Positions 40,824 to 53,195 of a stretch of DNA of 64,000 bases are shown here, one piece after another (the stretch's first letter is position 1; each line of letters opens with the position of its first letter). The stretch is from Dehalococcoidia bacterium (lineage in GTDB: Bacteria; Chloroflexota; Dehalococcoidia; SZUA-161; SpSt-899): positions 18,362-82,361 of the forward strand of contig JAWOBB010000041.1 in assembly GCA_046498265.1 (NCBI GenBank), written 5' to 3'. A program made the position numbers and the translations under genes. The notes under the pieces were generated by a model. It searched no databases. It saw nothing but the letters and a program-made list of their open reading frames with translations, and was not told the DNA's origin.

Positions 40824-43385
40824 TCAAGACCGCGCCTTTTTCTGCAGTTCATACAGTCTGGCGATGGCCTCCAGCGGGGTCATGGAATCGATATCCATGT
40901 TCTGCAACTCTTCCACCACCGGGGGAGTCGAACCGAAAAGGGGTATTTGAGAAGAAGGCGGGGATTCCTTCTTTCGGGAAGGCAGTTTCCCCTTCTCGGC
41001 GGCGCCGTTTTCCAGCCCCTCCAGGATCTCCTCGGCGCGGTGAACCACCGACCGGGGCATTCCCGCCAGCTGGGCAACGTGGATTCCATAGCTCCGGTCG
41101 GCCCCGCCGGGGACGATCTTTCGCAAAAAGACCACCTTGCCCCCTTCCTCCGTTACCGCCACATTGCAGTTTTTCACCCGCGGCAGGATATCGCCCAGTT
41201 CCACAAGCTCGTGATAGTGGGTGGCGAAAAGGGTCTTGGCCCCAAGCTGCGGGTTGTTGTGGATATGTTCGGCCACCGCATGGGCAATGGAAAGGCCGTC
41301 GTAGGTGCTGGTGCCCCGGCCGATCTCGTCCAGGATTATCAGCGAGCGGGGAGTGGCGTTGTTCAGGATGCTGGCCGTCTCGGTCATCTCGATCATGAAA
41401 GTGGAGCGTCCGGCAGCCAGGTCGTCCATCAATCCCACCCGGGTGAAGATGCGGTCCACCAGCCCGATGGAGGCGGAGTCGGCGGGAACGAAGGAGCCGA
41501 TCTGGGCCATGAGCACCATCAGGGCCACCTGGCGCAGGTAGGTCGATTTCCCCGCCATGTTGGGACCGGTCAGGATGACGACCTGGGATTCGCCGTTGGA
41601 GAGCCAGGTATCATTGGGCACGAATCCGCCCTCGGTGAGAACCTGTTCCACTACCGGGTGCCGCCCGCCGGTTATCTGTATCGAGTCTCCGGTTGTAAGT
41701 TCGGGACGAACGTAATTGTAGCGAACCGCCGCCTCGGCAAAGGCAGCCAGGATATCCAGGCGGGCGACGGCTTGAGCCGTCTGAAGTATCCGCTCGCCCC
41801 ATCCACCGACCTGCTGGCACACCTGCCGGAACAGGGTGCTCTCCAGCTCCGAGATGCGCTCCTCGGCATTGAGGATCAGCGACTCGTACTCCTTCAGCTC
41901 AGGGGTGAAGAAGCGCTCCGCACCCACCAGCGTCTGCTTGCGGATATAATCGCCGGGAATCTTCTCCAGGTGGGTGCTGGTCACCTCGATATAGTACCCG
42001 AAGACCTTGTTGTAGCCCACCTTGAGCGATTTGATGCCGGTCCGCTCCCGCTCCTTGCTCTCCAGGTCGGCGAGGTATTGCCTGGCATTCCGGGAAGCGG
42101 AGCGAATCTGGTCCAGTTCCGGGGAGAAGCCCGGTTTAATCAGCTCGCCATAGGCAGAGGCTTCGTCAACGATAGCCCGGGAAATCAGCTCAGCCGCCTC
42201 AGGGCAGGCTTTCAAATCGGAGGAAATCCAGCCGAGCGGAGAGGATTCGTCTTCGATTATGGCCTTTATCTGCGTGATCGCCTCAAGGCTGTGGCGCAGC
42301 GAGGTAAGCTCCCGGGCGATGGCAATCCCCGCTCTTACTCGATTAATCAGCCTTTCCATGTCGGCCAGCTTGTTCAGGGTATTGACCAGCTCAATGCGGC
42401 GGGAGGTGCTGGAGGCCAGCCAGGCCGCCGCTTCGTGCCGCCGGCTGATGGCTTCGATATCGAGCAACGGCTGGCCCAGCCAGTTCTTAATCAGCCTGCC
42501 GCCCATGGGTGTTTTAGTAAGGTCGATGACCGAAAGAAGCGAGCTTGACCCCGTTGCCATCTGCCCCGACTGGAACAGCTCCAGGTTGCGGCTGGTCTGG
42601 GCATCGAGGACCATGAAGGAATCGGTGGAATAAGTGGAAAGCTTTGAGAGGTGCCCCAGCACCCCTTTCTGCGTTTCCTGCAGATAATGAATAATCGCCC
42701 CGGCGGCCCGAACCGCCAGCGGCAGACCGGCACAGCCGTAAGCCTCCAGCGAGACCGCGCCGAAATGTTCCAGCAGGGCCCGGCGGGCGGTTTCCTCCTC
42801 GAACCACCGCTCGTCAAGCGGGGTCTGGGAAAAGGGAAGCTGGGGCAAACCGGCTTCTTTGGGGAGGATGATTTCGGAGGGCTTCAGCCTCTCCATCTCG
42901 GCGATGAGGCGTTCGGCGCTGAGCTGGGTGGTGGCGAATTCGCTGGTGGTTATATCAACATAAGCGATGCCCGCCTTTTCCCCGTCGGAGACCAGAGCCG
43001 CCAGGTAATTGTTGGAGGTGGTCTCCAGCAGACTGGTCTCCACCACCGTTCCGGGAGTTACCACCCTGACCACGTCCCGGTCCACCAGCCCTTTAGTGGC
43101 TTTGGGGTCGCCGGTCTGCTCGCAGATGGCCACCTTGTGCCCGGCGGCGATCAGCCTGGCCAGGTAACTTTCCAGGGCGTGATGGGGAATCCCCGCCATG
43201 GGGAAGCGCTGCCCCTTACCCATGGAACGGGAAGTGAGCACGATCTGGAGCTCCCGGGCCACGATCTCGGCATCGGCTTCGAAGGTCTCGTAGAAATCGC
43301 CGAGCCGGAAGAAGACGATAGTCTCGGGATACCGTTCCTTGATCCTGAGATACTGGCGCCGGATGGGAGTCGGGCCCTTGGTCAT
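40824..43385 (-). CDS. mutS: DNA mismatch repair protein MutS
   Basis: 853 aa with MutS domains I-V, Walker A GPNMAGKST and the C-terminal HTH/dimerisation region. Confidence 0.95.
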   Translation of the reverse strand: MTKGPTPIRRQYLRIKERYPETIVFFRLGDFYETFEADAEIVARELQIVLTSRSMGKGQRFPMAGIPHHALESYLARLIAAGHKVAICEQTGDPKATKGLVDRDVVRVVTPGTVVETSLLETTSNNYLAALVSDGEKAGIAYVDITTSEFATTQLSAERLIAEMERLKPSEIILPKEAGLPQLPFSQTPLDERWFEEETARRALLEHFGAVSLEAYGCAGLPLAVRAAGAIIHYLQETQKGVLGHLSKLSTYSTDSFMVLDAQTSRNLELFQSGQMATGSSSLLSVIDLTKTPMGGRLIKNWLGQPLLDIEAISRRHEAAAWLASSTSRRIELVNTLNKLADMERLINRVRAGIAIARELTSLRHSLEAITQIKAIIEDESSPLGWISSDLKACPEAAELISRAIVDEASAYGELIKPGFSPELDQIRSASRNARQYLADLESKERERTGIKSLKVGYNKVFGYYIEVTSTHLEKIPGDYIRKQTLVGAERFFTPELKEYESLILNAEERISELESTLFRQVCQQVGGWGERILQTAQAVARLDILAAFAEAAVRYNYVRPELTTGDSIQITGGRHPVVEQVLTEGGFVPNDTWLSNGESQVVILTGPNMAGKSTYLRQVALMVLMAQIGSFVPADSASIGLVDRIFTRVGLMDDLAAGRSTFMIEMTETASILNNATPRSLIILDEIGRGTSTYDGLSIAHAVAEHIHNNPQLGAKTLFATHYHELVELGDILPRVKNCNVAVTEEGGKVVFLRKIVPGGADRSYGIHVAQLAGMPRSVVHRAEEILEGLENGAAEKGKLPSRKKESPPSSQIPLFGSTPPVVEELQNMDIDSMTPLEAIARLYELQKKARS

Positions 43386-43508
43386 CGAGGTTTATTCTAC
43401 TAAAAACCGCAGGACAAATCCAAGGAAGACCGGCGAATACTTTCGGGTTCGCTTGACGAAAGCTGGCGGCTCGTGTAGGCTAGTGGTGAATTCCACGAGG
43501 CAGACCGA

Positions 43509-45107
43509 ATGAAAATCCAGCTTTACGATACCACCCTGCGCGACGGGGCCCAGCAGGAAGGGATTTCCTTCTCGGTCGAGGACAAGCTCCGAATCGCCCG
43601 CAAGCTCGATGAGCTGGGGGTTCATTTCATCGAGGGGGGATGGCCGGGGTCGAATCCCAAAGACACCGAGTTCTTCCGTCGATTGCGGGAGGTGAAATTC
43701 GCCAATTCCGTCCCGGTTGCCTTCGGCAGCACCCGCCGTCCCGATTCCTCGGCGGAGGCCGATGCCAATCTCAAAAGCCTGCTTGATGCCAAAACTCAGG
43801 TGGTCACCCTGGTAGGTAAGGGCTCGGCCGAACAGGTTAAAAAGGTCCTCAAGACCAGCCTGAAGGAAAACCTGAATATGGTTGCCGATTCCATCGGCTA
43901 TCTCAAATCCAGGGGAATGAAGGTCTTCTTCGATGCGGAGCATTTCTTCGACGGCTACAAGGACGATGCTCAATATTCCCGAAGCGTAGTAAAGACCGCT
44001 GCCTCCGCCGGTGCCGATTGCATCGTCCTGTGCGATACCAACGGGGGTAGCCTGCCTGAGGACATTGCCTCGATTTGCTCCGCTTCCAGGGGAAAAGGAA
44101 TAAGGCTGGGTATCCATGCCCACAACGATTCGGAGCTGGCGGTAGCCAACACCCTGGCGGCGGTGCAGACAGGCGTCAGGCACGTCCAGGGCACGGTCAA
44201 CGGATATGGCGAGCGGTGCGGCAATGCCAATCTCTGCTCTATAATACCGGCGCTTCAGCTTAAACTGGGAATAGATTGCATATCTGAGGAGCAGCTTGCC
44301 CGCATCACCGAGGTTTCCCGTTATGTAAGCGAGGTAGCCAATCTGCTGCCGGATTCGCGCCTTCCCTACGTGGGAGCCAGCGCTTTCGGGCACAAAGCGG
44401 GGATTCACATCTCGGGGATGCTCAAGGCCAGGGAAAGTTACCAGCATATCGATCCCCTGCTGGTGGGCAACGGCAGCCGTTTGATTGTATCGGAGCTTTC
44501 CGGGATCAATACTGTCATCTATAAAGCCAAGGAGCTCGGCCTGACTCAGGCGGCCAGGAAGACGGAAGCTAAAAAGATACTGAATCAGGTAAAGACTCTG
44601 GAGAGCCAGGGGTTTACCTATGATAATGCCGAGGCCTCCTTCGAGCTGCTGCTGCGCCGAACTCAGCCGGGGTACCAGCCACCCTTTGAGCTGGTCGATT
44701 TTATGGTGGTGGTGGAGAGACAACGGCGCGCTCCCACTATAAAAGAGCAGGGAACACTGTCGGAGGCAATGGTCAAGGTCAGGGTGGGCGAAGATATCCA
44801 TCACACCGCCGCCGAGGGCAACGGGCCGGTCAACGCCCTTGACGAGGCCCTGCGCAAGGCCCTGGGGCAGTTTTATCCCGGCCTGGTGGCGGTGAAACTG
44901 GTCGACTACAAGGTCCGCATCCTGGAAGAGAGCGAGGGGACGGAGGCCAAGGTGCGGGTGCTCATCGAATCCAGTGACGGCGAGCATCAGTGGCACACGG
45001 TGGGAAGCTCCACCAACATCATCGAGGCGAGCTGGATTGCCCTGGCCGACAGCATGGAATACTGGCTGCTGGACAAAGAAAACCAAAGTCGAAAAAGAAG
45101 AGGCTGA
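43509..45107 (+). CDS. cimA: (R)-citramalate synthase / 2-isopropylmalate-synthase-family enzyme
   Basis: 532 aa. N-terminus MKIQLYDTTLRDGAQQEGISFSVEDKLRIARKLDELGVHFIEGGWPGSNPKDTEFF, HxH metal-site motif, and C-terminal LeuA-dimer regulatory domain; length fits CimA. Confidence 0.75.
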   Translation: MKIQLYDTTLRDGAQQEGISFSVEDKLRIARKLDELGVHFIEGGWPGSNPKDTEFFRRLREVKFANSVPVAFGSTRRPDSSAEADANLKSLLDAKTQVVTLVGKGSAEQVKKVLKTSLKENLNMVADSIGYLKSRGMKVFFDAEHFFDGYKDDAQYSRSVVKTAASAGADCIVLCDTNGGSLPEDIASICSASRGKGIRLGIHAHNDSELAVANTLAAVQTGVRHVQGTVNGYGERCGNANLCSIIPALQLKLGIDCISEEQLARITEVSRYVSEVANLLPDSRLPYVGASAFGHKAGIHISGMLKARESYQHIDPLLVGNGSRLIVSELSGINTVIYKAKELGLTQAARKTEAKKILNQVKTLESQGFTYDNAEASFELLLRRTQPGYQPPFELVDFMVVVERQRRAPTIKEQGTLSEAMVKVRVGEDIHHTAAEGNGPVNALDEALRKALGQFYPGLVAVKLVDYKVRILEESEGTEAKVRVLIESSDGEHQWHTVGSSTNIIEASWIALADSMEYWLLDKENQSRKRRG

Positions 45108-45166
45108 GCCCCGATTAACGGGACCCAACCTCTTTCAAACTACACCTCAGGGCTTCGTCTTTGTCT

Positions 45167-48100
45167 TTAAATCTCTGCGTCTTCGCTCGTTTCCGTATCG
45201 TCTGTCATTCCTTCTTCGGCAATTGATTGCATTCCGGTCATTTCTTCATTCAAATCAATTTCTGGCATTTGCTCCTCTAAGGCACCGATTTGCAAAGGAC
45301 TTTCATGATCGATGGAAATCTCGCTGCGAGCCGGGATAAGCTTGCCGATAATCACGTTCTCTTTCAAGCCCGCCAGGTTGTCAACACTCCCGCTAACAGC
45401 GGCCTCTGTCAATACCCTTGTGGTCTCCTGGAAAGAAGCTGCTGCGAGGAAACTGCTGGTGCTTAAGGATGCCCGGGTGATGCCCAACAACACAGGATGG
45501 GCAGCAGCAGGTTCGCCACCCTCAGCCAGTACCTTGGCATTGCGAGCTTCGAATTCGAATTTATCCACCAGCTCACCGGGGAGCATAGCGGTATCTCCTG
45601 AAGCGTCAACTCGCACCCGCCGCAGCATCTGCCCGATTATAATTTCGATGTGCTTATCATGAATATTCACGCCCTGAGATCGATACACCTTTTGCACTGC
45701 ATCCACAAAATACCTTTTAATGGCGTCGGTTCCACGGATGCGCAGAACATCCTGAGGATTAAGCGGACCTTCTGTGATCTGATCACCGGCTACTACGCGT
45801 TCCCCTCCTCTTACCCGGAAACGTGCCGAAGCAGGAGCCACACTCTCCCATTCCTCCACATCTTCATAAGTTACATGTATCTGGTCATCCTTGACCTCAA
45901 CGAGGCCTTTGGCATGGGACAGCAGGGGAGAGGAAGATAGTTTCCCGGTATCCCCCTCGGCGCTTTCTCCTTCGGGCGGAACAGCCAGAACCTGGTCCAT
46001 ATCTACCCACTGGCCGTCTTCGACCGTGATTTGATATCCTGAAGGCAGTGAGTGGGCTTCCCGGCAAGTCTCAGCATTTGTTACCTTAATCTTCCAGCCG
46101 TCCTCAACCTCCGTGATTTCCAGCACCCCGTCGATCTCGGCAATGACGGCTTGACCTTTGGGATTTCTAGCTTCCAGGAGTTCCTCGACCCTGGGCAGAC
46201 CGCCGGTAATATCTCCACCAGCTACTCCGCCTGTGTGGAAGGTGCGCATTGTAAGCTGAGTTCCCGGTTCCCCGATGCTCTGGGCGGCGATGATTCCAGT
46301 CGCTACGTTCAGTTTCACCAGATGCCCCCGAGCAAGGTCGGTACCATAACAATACTGGCAAATCCCATTTAAAGATCGGCAATTTAAAGGGGAGCGGACA
46401 CACACTTCCGTTACGCCGGCCGCCATGATTCTCTCAGCTTTAGCCGCGTCGATTTCCTCATTACGGTCCACTATTATTTCACCTGTTTCGGGGTCAGCAA
46501 CCGGCCGGGCAGCCAAACGCCATACGATTCTCTCGGCAAGCGGAGGCAGTAATCCTTTCTCCTCGGAAGATTTGAAAATCCAGAGGCCTTCTTCAGTGCC
46601 ACAATCCTGCTCGTTGACAACTATCCCCTGAGCGACATCTATGAGCCTCCTGGTGAGATACCCGCTATCGGAAGTACGGAGGGCGGTATCGGCCAGCCCC
46701 TTTCTGGCACCATGTGTCGAAATGAAGTATTCCAAAATGGAAAGCCCTTCCCGAAAATTGGCTTTGATAGGCAATTCAATAATCTTTCCGGATGGATCGC
46801 TCATCAGGCCGCGCATTCCGGCCATCTGCCTGATTTGCCCCATATTACCCCGAGCTCCGGAATTGGCCATCATATGGATGGCTCCATGAGGGTCCAGCGA
46901 ACTCTCCAGCTTACTGGTCAACTCATTATTGGTTGCGGTCCAGATGTTTATCGCGTTCTGATACCGCTCTTCTTCGGTCATAAGCCCTTCCATGTACTGG
47001 GTTTTGATCCTGGCGACACTTTCTTCTCCTCGGGCAATGATCTCTGCTTTATCTTCGGGAACTTCGAGGTCGCTGACTGCCATGGTCAGTCCCGACCTGG
47101 TAGAGTAATCAAATCCCAGCTTCTTGATCTTATCCAGCATCTCAGCTGTAATATCACAATTCAGGACATGGTAACATTCGGAGGTAATTTTTTTGAGCTT
47201 TTTCTTGTCGATTACCTCATTTTGAAAGCCGAGCTCCTCGGGTAACGCCTCGTTGAAAATAATGCGCCCCACAGTCGTTTTCAGGGGTTCACCGCCATGG
47301 GGATCTCTAACATTGATCTGGGCTCCCACTTCAATGATTCCCATATCATATGCCAATCTGGCATCGTCGGGATCGGCGAAAGTCATGCCTTCACCTTTGG
47401 CATCCGGCTTTATCATGGTCATGTAATAGGACCCAAGCACCATCTCCATGGTGGGAGCGACCACCGGATCGCTTGAGCTCGGTGAGAGCATATTATGCTT
47501 GCTTAACATTATCTCCTTGGCTTCCGCAATTGCCGCTTTGGAAAGAGGAATATGAACAGCCATCTGGTCTCCATCAAAGTCGGCGTTGAAAGCACCGCAG
47601 ACCAGCGGGTGAAGCTGAATGGCGTTGCCATCCACGAGAATGGGCATAAAAGCCTGCAGACCCAATCGATGCAGCGTTGGAGCCCGGTTCAAAAGGATGG
47701 GATGATCTTTAACCACTTCCTCCAGGACATCCCAGACCCCCTCCTTCTTCTGCTCCACTGCCCTCTTGGCATTGCGGACATTATGAGCCATGCCTCGAGC
47801 TATCAGCCGGCGCATCACGAATGGTTTAAACAGCTCCAGGGCCATGCGGTTGGGCAAACCGCACTGATGCAAATGGAGATTCGGACCGGACACAATAACC
47901 GAACGTCCACTGTAATCAACCCTCTTCCCCAGCAAATTCTGGCGGAAATGCCCCTGTTTACCCCTGAGCATGTCCGAGAGCGATTTAAGTTTGTGGCCAC
48001 TGCTGGTCGTCACCGCCCGCCCCCTCCTGCCGTTATCAATAAGCGAGTCGACAGCTTCCTGAAGCATGCGCTGTTCATTTCGGATTATAACCTGAGGCGT

Positions 48101-49102
48101 GCCTAATTCCTTGAGCCTCTTAAGGCGATTGTTGCGATTTATGACTCTCCTGTAAAGATCGTTGAGATCACTGGTAGCAAATCGACCACCATCAAGCTGA
48201 ACCATGGGGCGGAGTTCGGGAGGAATGACCGGAAGCACCGTCATTATCATCCATTCCGGCTTTGTCCCCTGCCTTAAAAATGACTTGACCACACGCAATC
48301 TTTTGATGACCTTCTTTCGATTCTGGCCGGAACTGGTCAAGGCTTCTGCATAAAGGTCTTCGCGGAGTTTTTCCATATCGAGGTCACGAAGAGTATCGAG
48401 TATGGCTTCAGCTCCCATCTTGACCGTAAAAAGGCGGGGCCACTGGCTATCCAGTTCCCGGTATTCGCTGACGCCGAGAAGTCTTAACGGTCGTATCTGT
48501 TCCAATTCCGCGATTTTGTCAGTCAGCTCCGCCTTGCGCTGTTTAACTTCGTCCGCAATTTCTTCCGCGGACTGTTCTTCCTCGGCTGGTTCCTGTTGTT
48601 CTTCCGTTGATTCCTCAGCCTCTGTTCCCAGCTCTTGCAGTTCTTCATTGAGTTCCTTGAGGAGATCGGTCCGGGTCTTTTCATCAACGCTGGTAATAAT
48701 AAATTTGGCGAAATAGAGTACCTGTTCCAGTTTTCGAGGGGAAAGGTCCAGCAGAAGGCCCAGCCGGCTGGGGGTTACCTTAAAAAACCAGATATGAGCC
48801 ACAGGAGCGGCAAGCTGAATATGCCCCATGCGCTCCCGGCGTACCTGGGAATGAGCCACTTCGACGCCGCATTTGTCACAAATGACACCCTTGTATCTGA
48901 TTTTCTTGTATTTGCCGCAGTAGCATTCGTAGTCCTTGGTCGGGCCAAAAATACGTTCACAGAAAAGCCCGTCCCGTTCCGGTTTCAACGTACGATAGTT
49001 GATGGTCTCCGGTTTGGTTACTTCTCCATATGACCATCCCTTTATCTGTTCCGGTGAAGCAAGTGAAAGCCGAATGCTCCCAAAATCATTGAGATCCAAC
49101 AT
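45167..49102 (-). CDS. rpoC: DNA-directed RNA polymerase subunit beta'
   Basis: 1311 aa with Zn-binding CxxC...CxxC near the N-terminus and the NADFDGD catalytic motif. Confidence 0.97.
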   Translation of the reverse strand: MLDLNDFGSIRLSLASPEQIKGWSYGEVTKPETINYRTLKPERDGLFCERIFGPTKDYECYCGKYKKIRYKGVICDKCGVEVAHSQVRRERMGHIQLAAPVAHIWFFKVTPSRLGLLLDLSPRKLEQVLYFAKFIITSVDEKTRTDLLKELNEELQELGTEAEESTEEQQEPAEEEQSAEEIADEVKQRKAELTDKIAELEQIRPLRLLGVSEYRELDSQWPRLFTVKMGAEAILDTLRDLDMEKLREDLYAEALTSSGQNRKKVIKRLRVVKSFLRQGTKPEWMIMTVLPVIPPELRPMVQLDGGRFATSDLNDLYRRVINRNNRLKRLKELGTPQVIIRNEQRMLQEAVDSLIDNGRRGRAVTTSSGHKLKSLSDMLRGKQGHFRQNLLGKRVDYSGRSVIVSGPNLHLHQCGLPNRMALELFKPFVMRRLIARGMAHNVRNAKRAVEQKKEGVWDVLEEVVKDHPILLNRAPTLHRLGLQAFMPILVDGNAIQLHPLVCGAFNADFDGDQMAVHIPLSKAAIAEAKEIMLSKHNMLSPSSSDPVVAPTMEMVLGSYYMTMIKPDAKGEGMTFADPDDARLAYDMGIIEVGAQINVRDPHGGEPLKTTVGRIIFNEALPEELGFQNEVIDKKKLKKITSECYHVLNCDITAEMLDKIKKLGFDYSTRSGLTMAVSDLEVPEDKAEIIARGEESVARIKTQYMEGLMTEEERYQNAINIWTATNNELTSKLESSLDPHGAIHMMANSGARGNMGQIRQMAGMRGLMSDPSGKIIELPIKANFREGLSILEYFISTHGARKGLADTALRTSDSGYLTRRLIDVAQGIVVNEQDCGTEEGLWIFKSSEEKGLLPPLAERIVWRLAARPVADPETGEIIVDRNEEIDAAKAERIMAAGVTEVCVRSPLNCRSLNGICQYCYGTDLARGHLVKLNVATGIIAAQSIGEPGTQLTMRTFHTGGVAGGDITGGLPRVEELLEARNPKGQAVIAEIDGVLEITEVEDGWKIKVTNAETCREAHSLPSGYQITVEDGQWVDMDQVLAVPPEGESAEGDTGKLSSSPLLSHAKGLVEVKDDQIHVTYEDVEEWESVAPASARFRVRGGERVVAGDQITEGPLNPQDVLRIRGTDAIKRYFVDAVQKVYRSQGVNIHDKHIEIIIGQMLRRVRVDASGDTAMLPGELVDKFEFEARNAKVLAEGGEPAAAHPVLLGITRASLSTSSFLAAASFQETTRVLTEAAVSGSVDNLAGLKENVIIGKLIPARSEISIDHESPLQIGALEEQMPEIDLNEEMTGMQSIAEEGMTDDTETSEDAEI

Positions 49103-52100
49103 TACTCATTCTCCTCAATCTCTATACCCGAGAGATTTATTCCCAGCCTCGGGACCTCTTCGGAAGTACCTTTCAATCTCAAAACCTCCTCTTCATCCTG
49201 ACTAAGCACCTCAATTGCCAGGCCCAGGCTCTGCAATTCCTTGACTAATACCTTGAAAGACTCCGGCACTCCAAGGCTTAGAATGTCTTCCCCTTTAACT
49301 ATTGCGCCATAGGTCTTAACCCTGCCCACTACATCATCCGATTTAATAGTGAGCATTTCCTGGAGATTATAGGCAGCCCCATAGGCCTCCAGGGCCCATA
49401 CCTCCATTTCCCCGAACCGCTGTCCGCCGAATTGGGCTTTACCTCCCAGGGGTTGCTGGGTCACCAGAGAGTAAGGCCCCGTAGAACGGGCATGAATCTT
49501 ATCTTCAACCAGATGGATGAGCTTCATAATATACATATATCCAACGGTTACAGGTTCGTTGAAGGTCTCGCCAGTTCGGCCGTCACGGAGTGGCAGCTTG
49601 CCCGATATGGGGGACGGTACTCTTATGTCTCGTTCGAGCCTCTTCGCAGTTTGTTTCAGCTGTTCATCATTCATATCTTCGATATTTTCAATCCCCTGTT
49701 CATCAAGCCATAATCTCAGGCAAGTTCTCCTCGCTTCCCCGTTGCTGTTATCTCCCAGCAGCCTCTCGCCATCGAAACCCTTCTCCGAGAGCCATTGTTT
49801 TGTCTTTTCTATCTGTTCCGATTCGCTGCCGAGTTCACCCCGGTTTTCTTTTTTAACCTGCCGTACAAACCAGGACTGAGCCAGAACTTCTTCGATGGCA
49901 TCCTCGTCCGCGCCATTGAATACGGGGGTTACAGCTTTAAACCCGAGATCATGGGCCGCCAGCCCAAGATGGGTTTCCAGAAGTTGCCCGATATTCATCC
50001 GGGAGGGAACCCCAAGCGGACTGAGAACAACATCCACCGGCTGACCATCATCAAGGTAAGGCATATCCTCTACGGGGAGAATTTTGGAAATCACCCCTTT
50101 GTTGCCATGCCGGCCCGCCAGTTTATCACCTTCGGAGAGCTCCCGTTTCTGGGCTACGAAGATTCTCACCATTTTATTTACGCCGGCATCCAGGTGGTCA
50201 CCATTCTCCCGTGAAAAGATGTCGACGCGCATGATTTTACCGGACTCACCATGAGGCATCCGGAGCGCGGTATCTTTAACATCGCGAGCTTTTTCCCCGA
50301 AAATGGCTCGAAGAAGTTTTTCCTCCGCCGTGAGGACTCTCTCACCTTTGGGAGTGACCTTCCCCACCAGGATATCGCCGGACGTAACCTCGGCTCCCAC
50401 CCGGATGACGCCATCTGCATCCAGGTTGTGCAGACTGGCTTCGCCCACGTTCGGTATATCACGGGTAATTTCTTCAGGCCCCAGCTTGGTATCCCTTGCC
50501 TCGACTTCGTGCTTCTCGATGTGAATCGAGGTATACATGTCATCCTGTACCAGGCGCTCTGAAACGACGATGGCATCCTCAAAATTGTAGCCTTCCCAGG
50601 CCATAAATGCGCAGAGCACGTTCTGCCCCAGGGCCAGCTCTCCCCTGTCGGTAGCAGAGCCATCGACCAGAACATCTCCCTTCTTAACTCGATCCCCTTT
50701 GTTGACTACCGGGTGCTGGGTAGTACAGGTTCCCTGATTGCTTCTGACAAATTTTTTGAGATCGTAGGTATAAAGCTGACTATTTTTGCCCTTCAGTGTA
50801 ATCTGATTGCCTGTAGAAGAGACTATGGTACCTTCGACAGGGGCAAGGATTACCTGCCCGCTATCACGAGCCACCTCACGTTCCATTCCGGTTCCAATAA
50901 TTGGTGAGGTTGCACTGACAATGGGAACCGCCTGCCGCTGCATATTAGAGCCCATCAAGGCACGATTAGCATCATCGTGCTCCAGAAAGGGGATCAGGGC
51001 AGTACTGGCACTTGCAATCTGGGTCGTGGATATATCCTTATAATCGATCATATCAGCGAGTTCCATCCCAACCTTATCTGCCCGCCTGACCTCGATTCTG
51101 CTATCGACGAACTGGTCTTTTTCATCCAGCCGGGCGTTTGCCTGAGCGATTACATGCTTATCCTCCTCGTCTGCCGGCAGATATTCTATATCCTGGGTCA
51201 CATAAGGGACAATTTTTACAGCGCATGGTGACAGCCTGCCCAGTTGCTGGGCTGCTGTTTCATCAATTACCGTATCTTTATCGACAACCAGTTTGCCCTT
51301 CTTATTCAAAACCGGTTCCCGCACGGTCCTGTTCAATAATTCCGGGGCATTGTTGGGCAACTCGTTAATCACTTTCCGGTAAGGCGTCTCGATAAAGCCA
51401 TACTCGTTCACCCTCGCATAGGTGGCCAGAGAAGTGATTAATCCGATATTTCTTCCTTCCGGTGTTTCTATTGGGCAGATTCTTCCGTAGTGGGAGTGAT
51501 GAACGTCACGTACCTCGAAGCCGGCCCGATCCCGGGAAAATCCCCCCGGCCCTAAAGCGGAAAGCCGGCGCTTATGGGTCAGTTCCGATAAAGGGTTCGT
51601 CTGGTCCATGAACTGGGAGAGCCGGGAGCTTCCGAAGAATTCCCTGATAGCAGCAGTCACCGCCCGATTGTTGACCAGAGTGCTCGGCGTAGCAGAGGCT
51701 GGATCGAGAAGGCTCATCCGTTCCTTAATAGTCCTCTCCATGCGGAGTAATCCCATCTTAAGGTGACTTTGCAGGAGCTCCCCCACAGCCCTGACCCGGC
51801 GGTTGCCAAGATGATCGATATCATCTGCGTAATCGAGTCCGTTATTAATCAATATTATGTGTCGCACAATGGCTATAAAGTCCTCGGGGACAAGAGTCTG
51901 CTGCCTGAGAGGGCGGTTGAGCCCCAGCCGCTTGTTCAGTTTATAACACCCGCCCTTACCGAGCCGGTAACGCCGCGGGTCAAAAAAGAGCGTATGAATG
52001 AGAGTCCGCCCGTTTTCGATGGTAGGAGGCTCGCCGGGCCTTATTTTCTTGAAGAATTCCGGAAGGGCCTCTTCCTCGCTGGTGATGCGCGGGTCGCGCT

Positions 52101-52827
52101 CCATGGTAGCTTGAATATAGGAAATCTCTCCATTATCGACGTCGGAGAACAAATCCAGAAGTTGCTCGTCACTCCCATACCCCAGCGCCCGAAGAAGGGT
52201 GGTAACAGGAATTTTGCGTTTGCGATTCAGTTTGGCGGATATCACGCCCTTGTTGGAGGTTTCGAACTCCACCCAGATTCCTCGATCCGGGATTAATTTA
52301 GCAAAGCAAAGCCTTCGCGCGGTAGATACGTCTTTTTCTATAGTAAAGTAAATGCCGGGGGACCGGATTAACTGGTTGACTACCACCCGCTCGGCTCCGT
52401 TGATAATAAAAGTGCCCCGCGGAGTCATAATGGGAAAATCTCCCATGAAAAGGTCCTGTTCCTTGATCTCCCCCGTTTCCTTAACTATCAGTCTTGTTTT
52501 TACTTTGATGGGGGCGGCATAGGTAAGGTCTCGCTCCTGACATTCCTGCTCCGAGTATTTAGCCGCGCCTATTTCATGTTCGAGAAAATGTATTTCCAGC
52601 CGGTTACCTGTGTAATCGCTGAGAGGTGAAATCTCTTCCAGGAGTTCCCTCAATCCCTCGTCCATAAACCATTTGTAAGAATTATGCTGGACCTGGATCA
52701 AATTAGGGACACCTACAACTTCAGGCACTCTGGCAAAGGATTTTCTGGATCTGTGAGCAATAAATTCAGGCAAGGATGTGGCTGAACTCACTATTGGCAC
52801 TCCATTCGGGGCACAAAAAGCCCGCAT
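49102..52827 (-). CDS. rpoB: DNA-directed RNA polymerase subunit beta
   Basis: 1241 aa canonical RpoB; stop overlaps the rpoC start. Confidence 0.97.
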   Translation of the reverse strand: MRAFCAPNGVPIVSSATSLPEFIAHRSRKSFARVPEVVGVPNLIQVQHNSYKWFMDEGLRELLEEISPLSDYTGNRLEIHFLEHEIGAAKYSEQECQERDLTYAAPIKVKTRLIVKETGEIKEQDLFMGDFPIMTPRGTFIINGAERVVVNQLIRSPGIYFTIEKDVSTARRLCFAKLIPDRGIWVEFETSNKGVISAKLNRKRKIPVTTLLRALGYGSDEQLLDLFSDVDNGEISYIQATMERDPRITSEEEALPEFFKKIRPGEPPTIENGRTLIHTLFFDPRRYRLGKGGCYKLNKRLGLNRPLRQQTLVPEDFIAIVRHIILINNGLDYADDIDHLGNRRVRAVGELLQSHLKMGLLRMERTIKERMSLLDPASATPSTLVNNRAVTAAIREFFGSSRLSQFMDQTNPLSELTHKRRLSALGPGGFSRDRAGFEVRDVHHSHYGRICPIETPEGRNIGLITSLATYARVNEYGFIETPYRKVINELPNNAPELLNRTVREPVLNKKGKLVVDKDTVIDETAAQQLGRLSPCAVKIVPYVTQDIEYLPADEEDKHVIAQANARLDEKDQFVDSRIEVRRADKVGMELADMIDYKDISTTQIASASTALIPFLEHDDANRALMGSNMQRQAVPIVSATSPIIGTGMEREVARDSGQVILAPVEGTIVSSTGNQITLKGKNSQLYTYDLKKFVRSNQGTCTTQHPVVNKGDRVKKGDVLVDGSATDRGELALGQNVLCAFMAWEGYNFEDAIVVSERLVQDDMYTSIHIEKHEVEARDTKLGPEEITRDIPNVGEASLHNLDADGVIRVGAEVTSGDILVGKVTPKGERVLTAEEKLLRAIFGEKARDVKDTALRMPHGESGKIMRVDIFSRENGDHLDAGVNKMVRIFVAQKRELSEGDKLAGRHGNKGVISKILPVEDMPYLDDGQPVDVVLSPLGVPSRMNIGQLLETHLGLAAHDLGFKAVTPVFNGADEDAIEEVLAQSWFVRQVKKENRGELGSESEQIEKTKQWLSEKGFDGERLLGDNSNGEARRTCLRLWLDEQGIENIEDMNDEQLKQTAKRLERDIRVPSPISGKLPLRDGRTGETFNEPVTVGYMYIMKLIHLVEDKIHARSTGPYSLVTQQPLGGKAQFGGQRFGEMEVWALEAYGAAYNLQEMLTIKSDDVVGRVKTYGAIVKGEDILSLGVPESFKVLVKELQSLGLAIEVLSQDEEEVLRLKGTSEEVPRLGINLSGIEIEENE

Positions 52828-53195
52828 TTTTATTTTCTAGCATGTTTGCTGAAACGAGATTGGAAGGAAATCATGAGGATATATAACCAAAGTAGCAAAC
52901 CTCTATTTTAATGCCTGGCAGTAAGTTTGTCAAGAGCAATTTCTTTTTCTCTTAAATAATGACAAACAAGCTAAAGACCAGACTAAGCAGGATTAACGAT
53001 CTCAAGGATAAATAAGGCTAAAACAATGAGTTTCCTTTTCACAAATTACATAAATGGGGCAAAAAAACTTCGCTTAAGTCTTCCCGTAGTTTGAGGCAAA
53101 TCAAACAATCTACAGTAGCTCAAACTTGAAGTCCCTGTTATAATAGCACCAAGTAAAAGTATAATTCGACAAGCAGAGAAAAACGGAGTTATTCA

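Noticed and set aside
40947-42548. 533-aa plus-strand ORF inside mutS
   Set aside because: Antisense to a full-length MutS with all conserved domains; long antisense ORFs are expected at about 60% GC.
43392-45128. 578-aa minus-strand ORF
   Set aside because: Antisense to the cimA/LeuA-family gene; no recognisable motifs.
52828-53195. Possible mobile element or small RNA in the 370-bp AT-rich gap upstream of rpoB
   Set aside because: No ORF, inverted terminal repeats or tRNA-like structure was seen. It is more simply the divergent promoter/leader region for rpoB and the GlmU-like gene. A TATAAT at ~53141 is noted, but its -35 spacing is poor.
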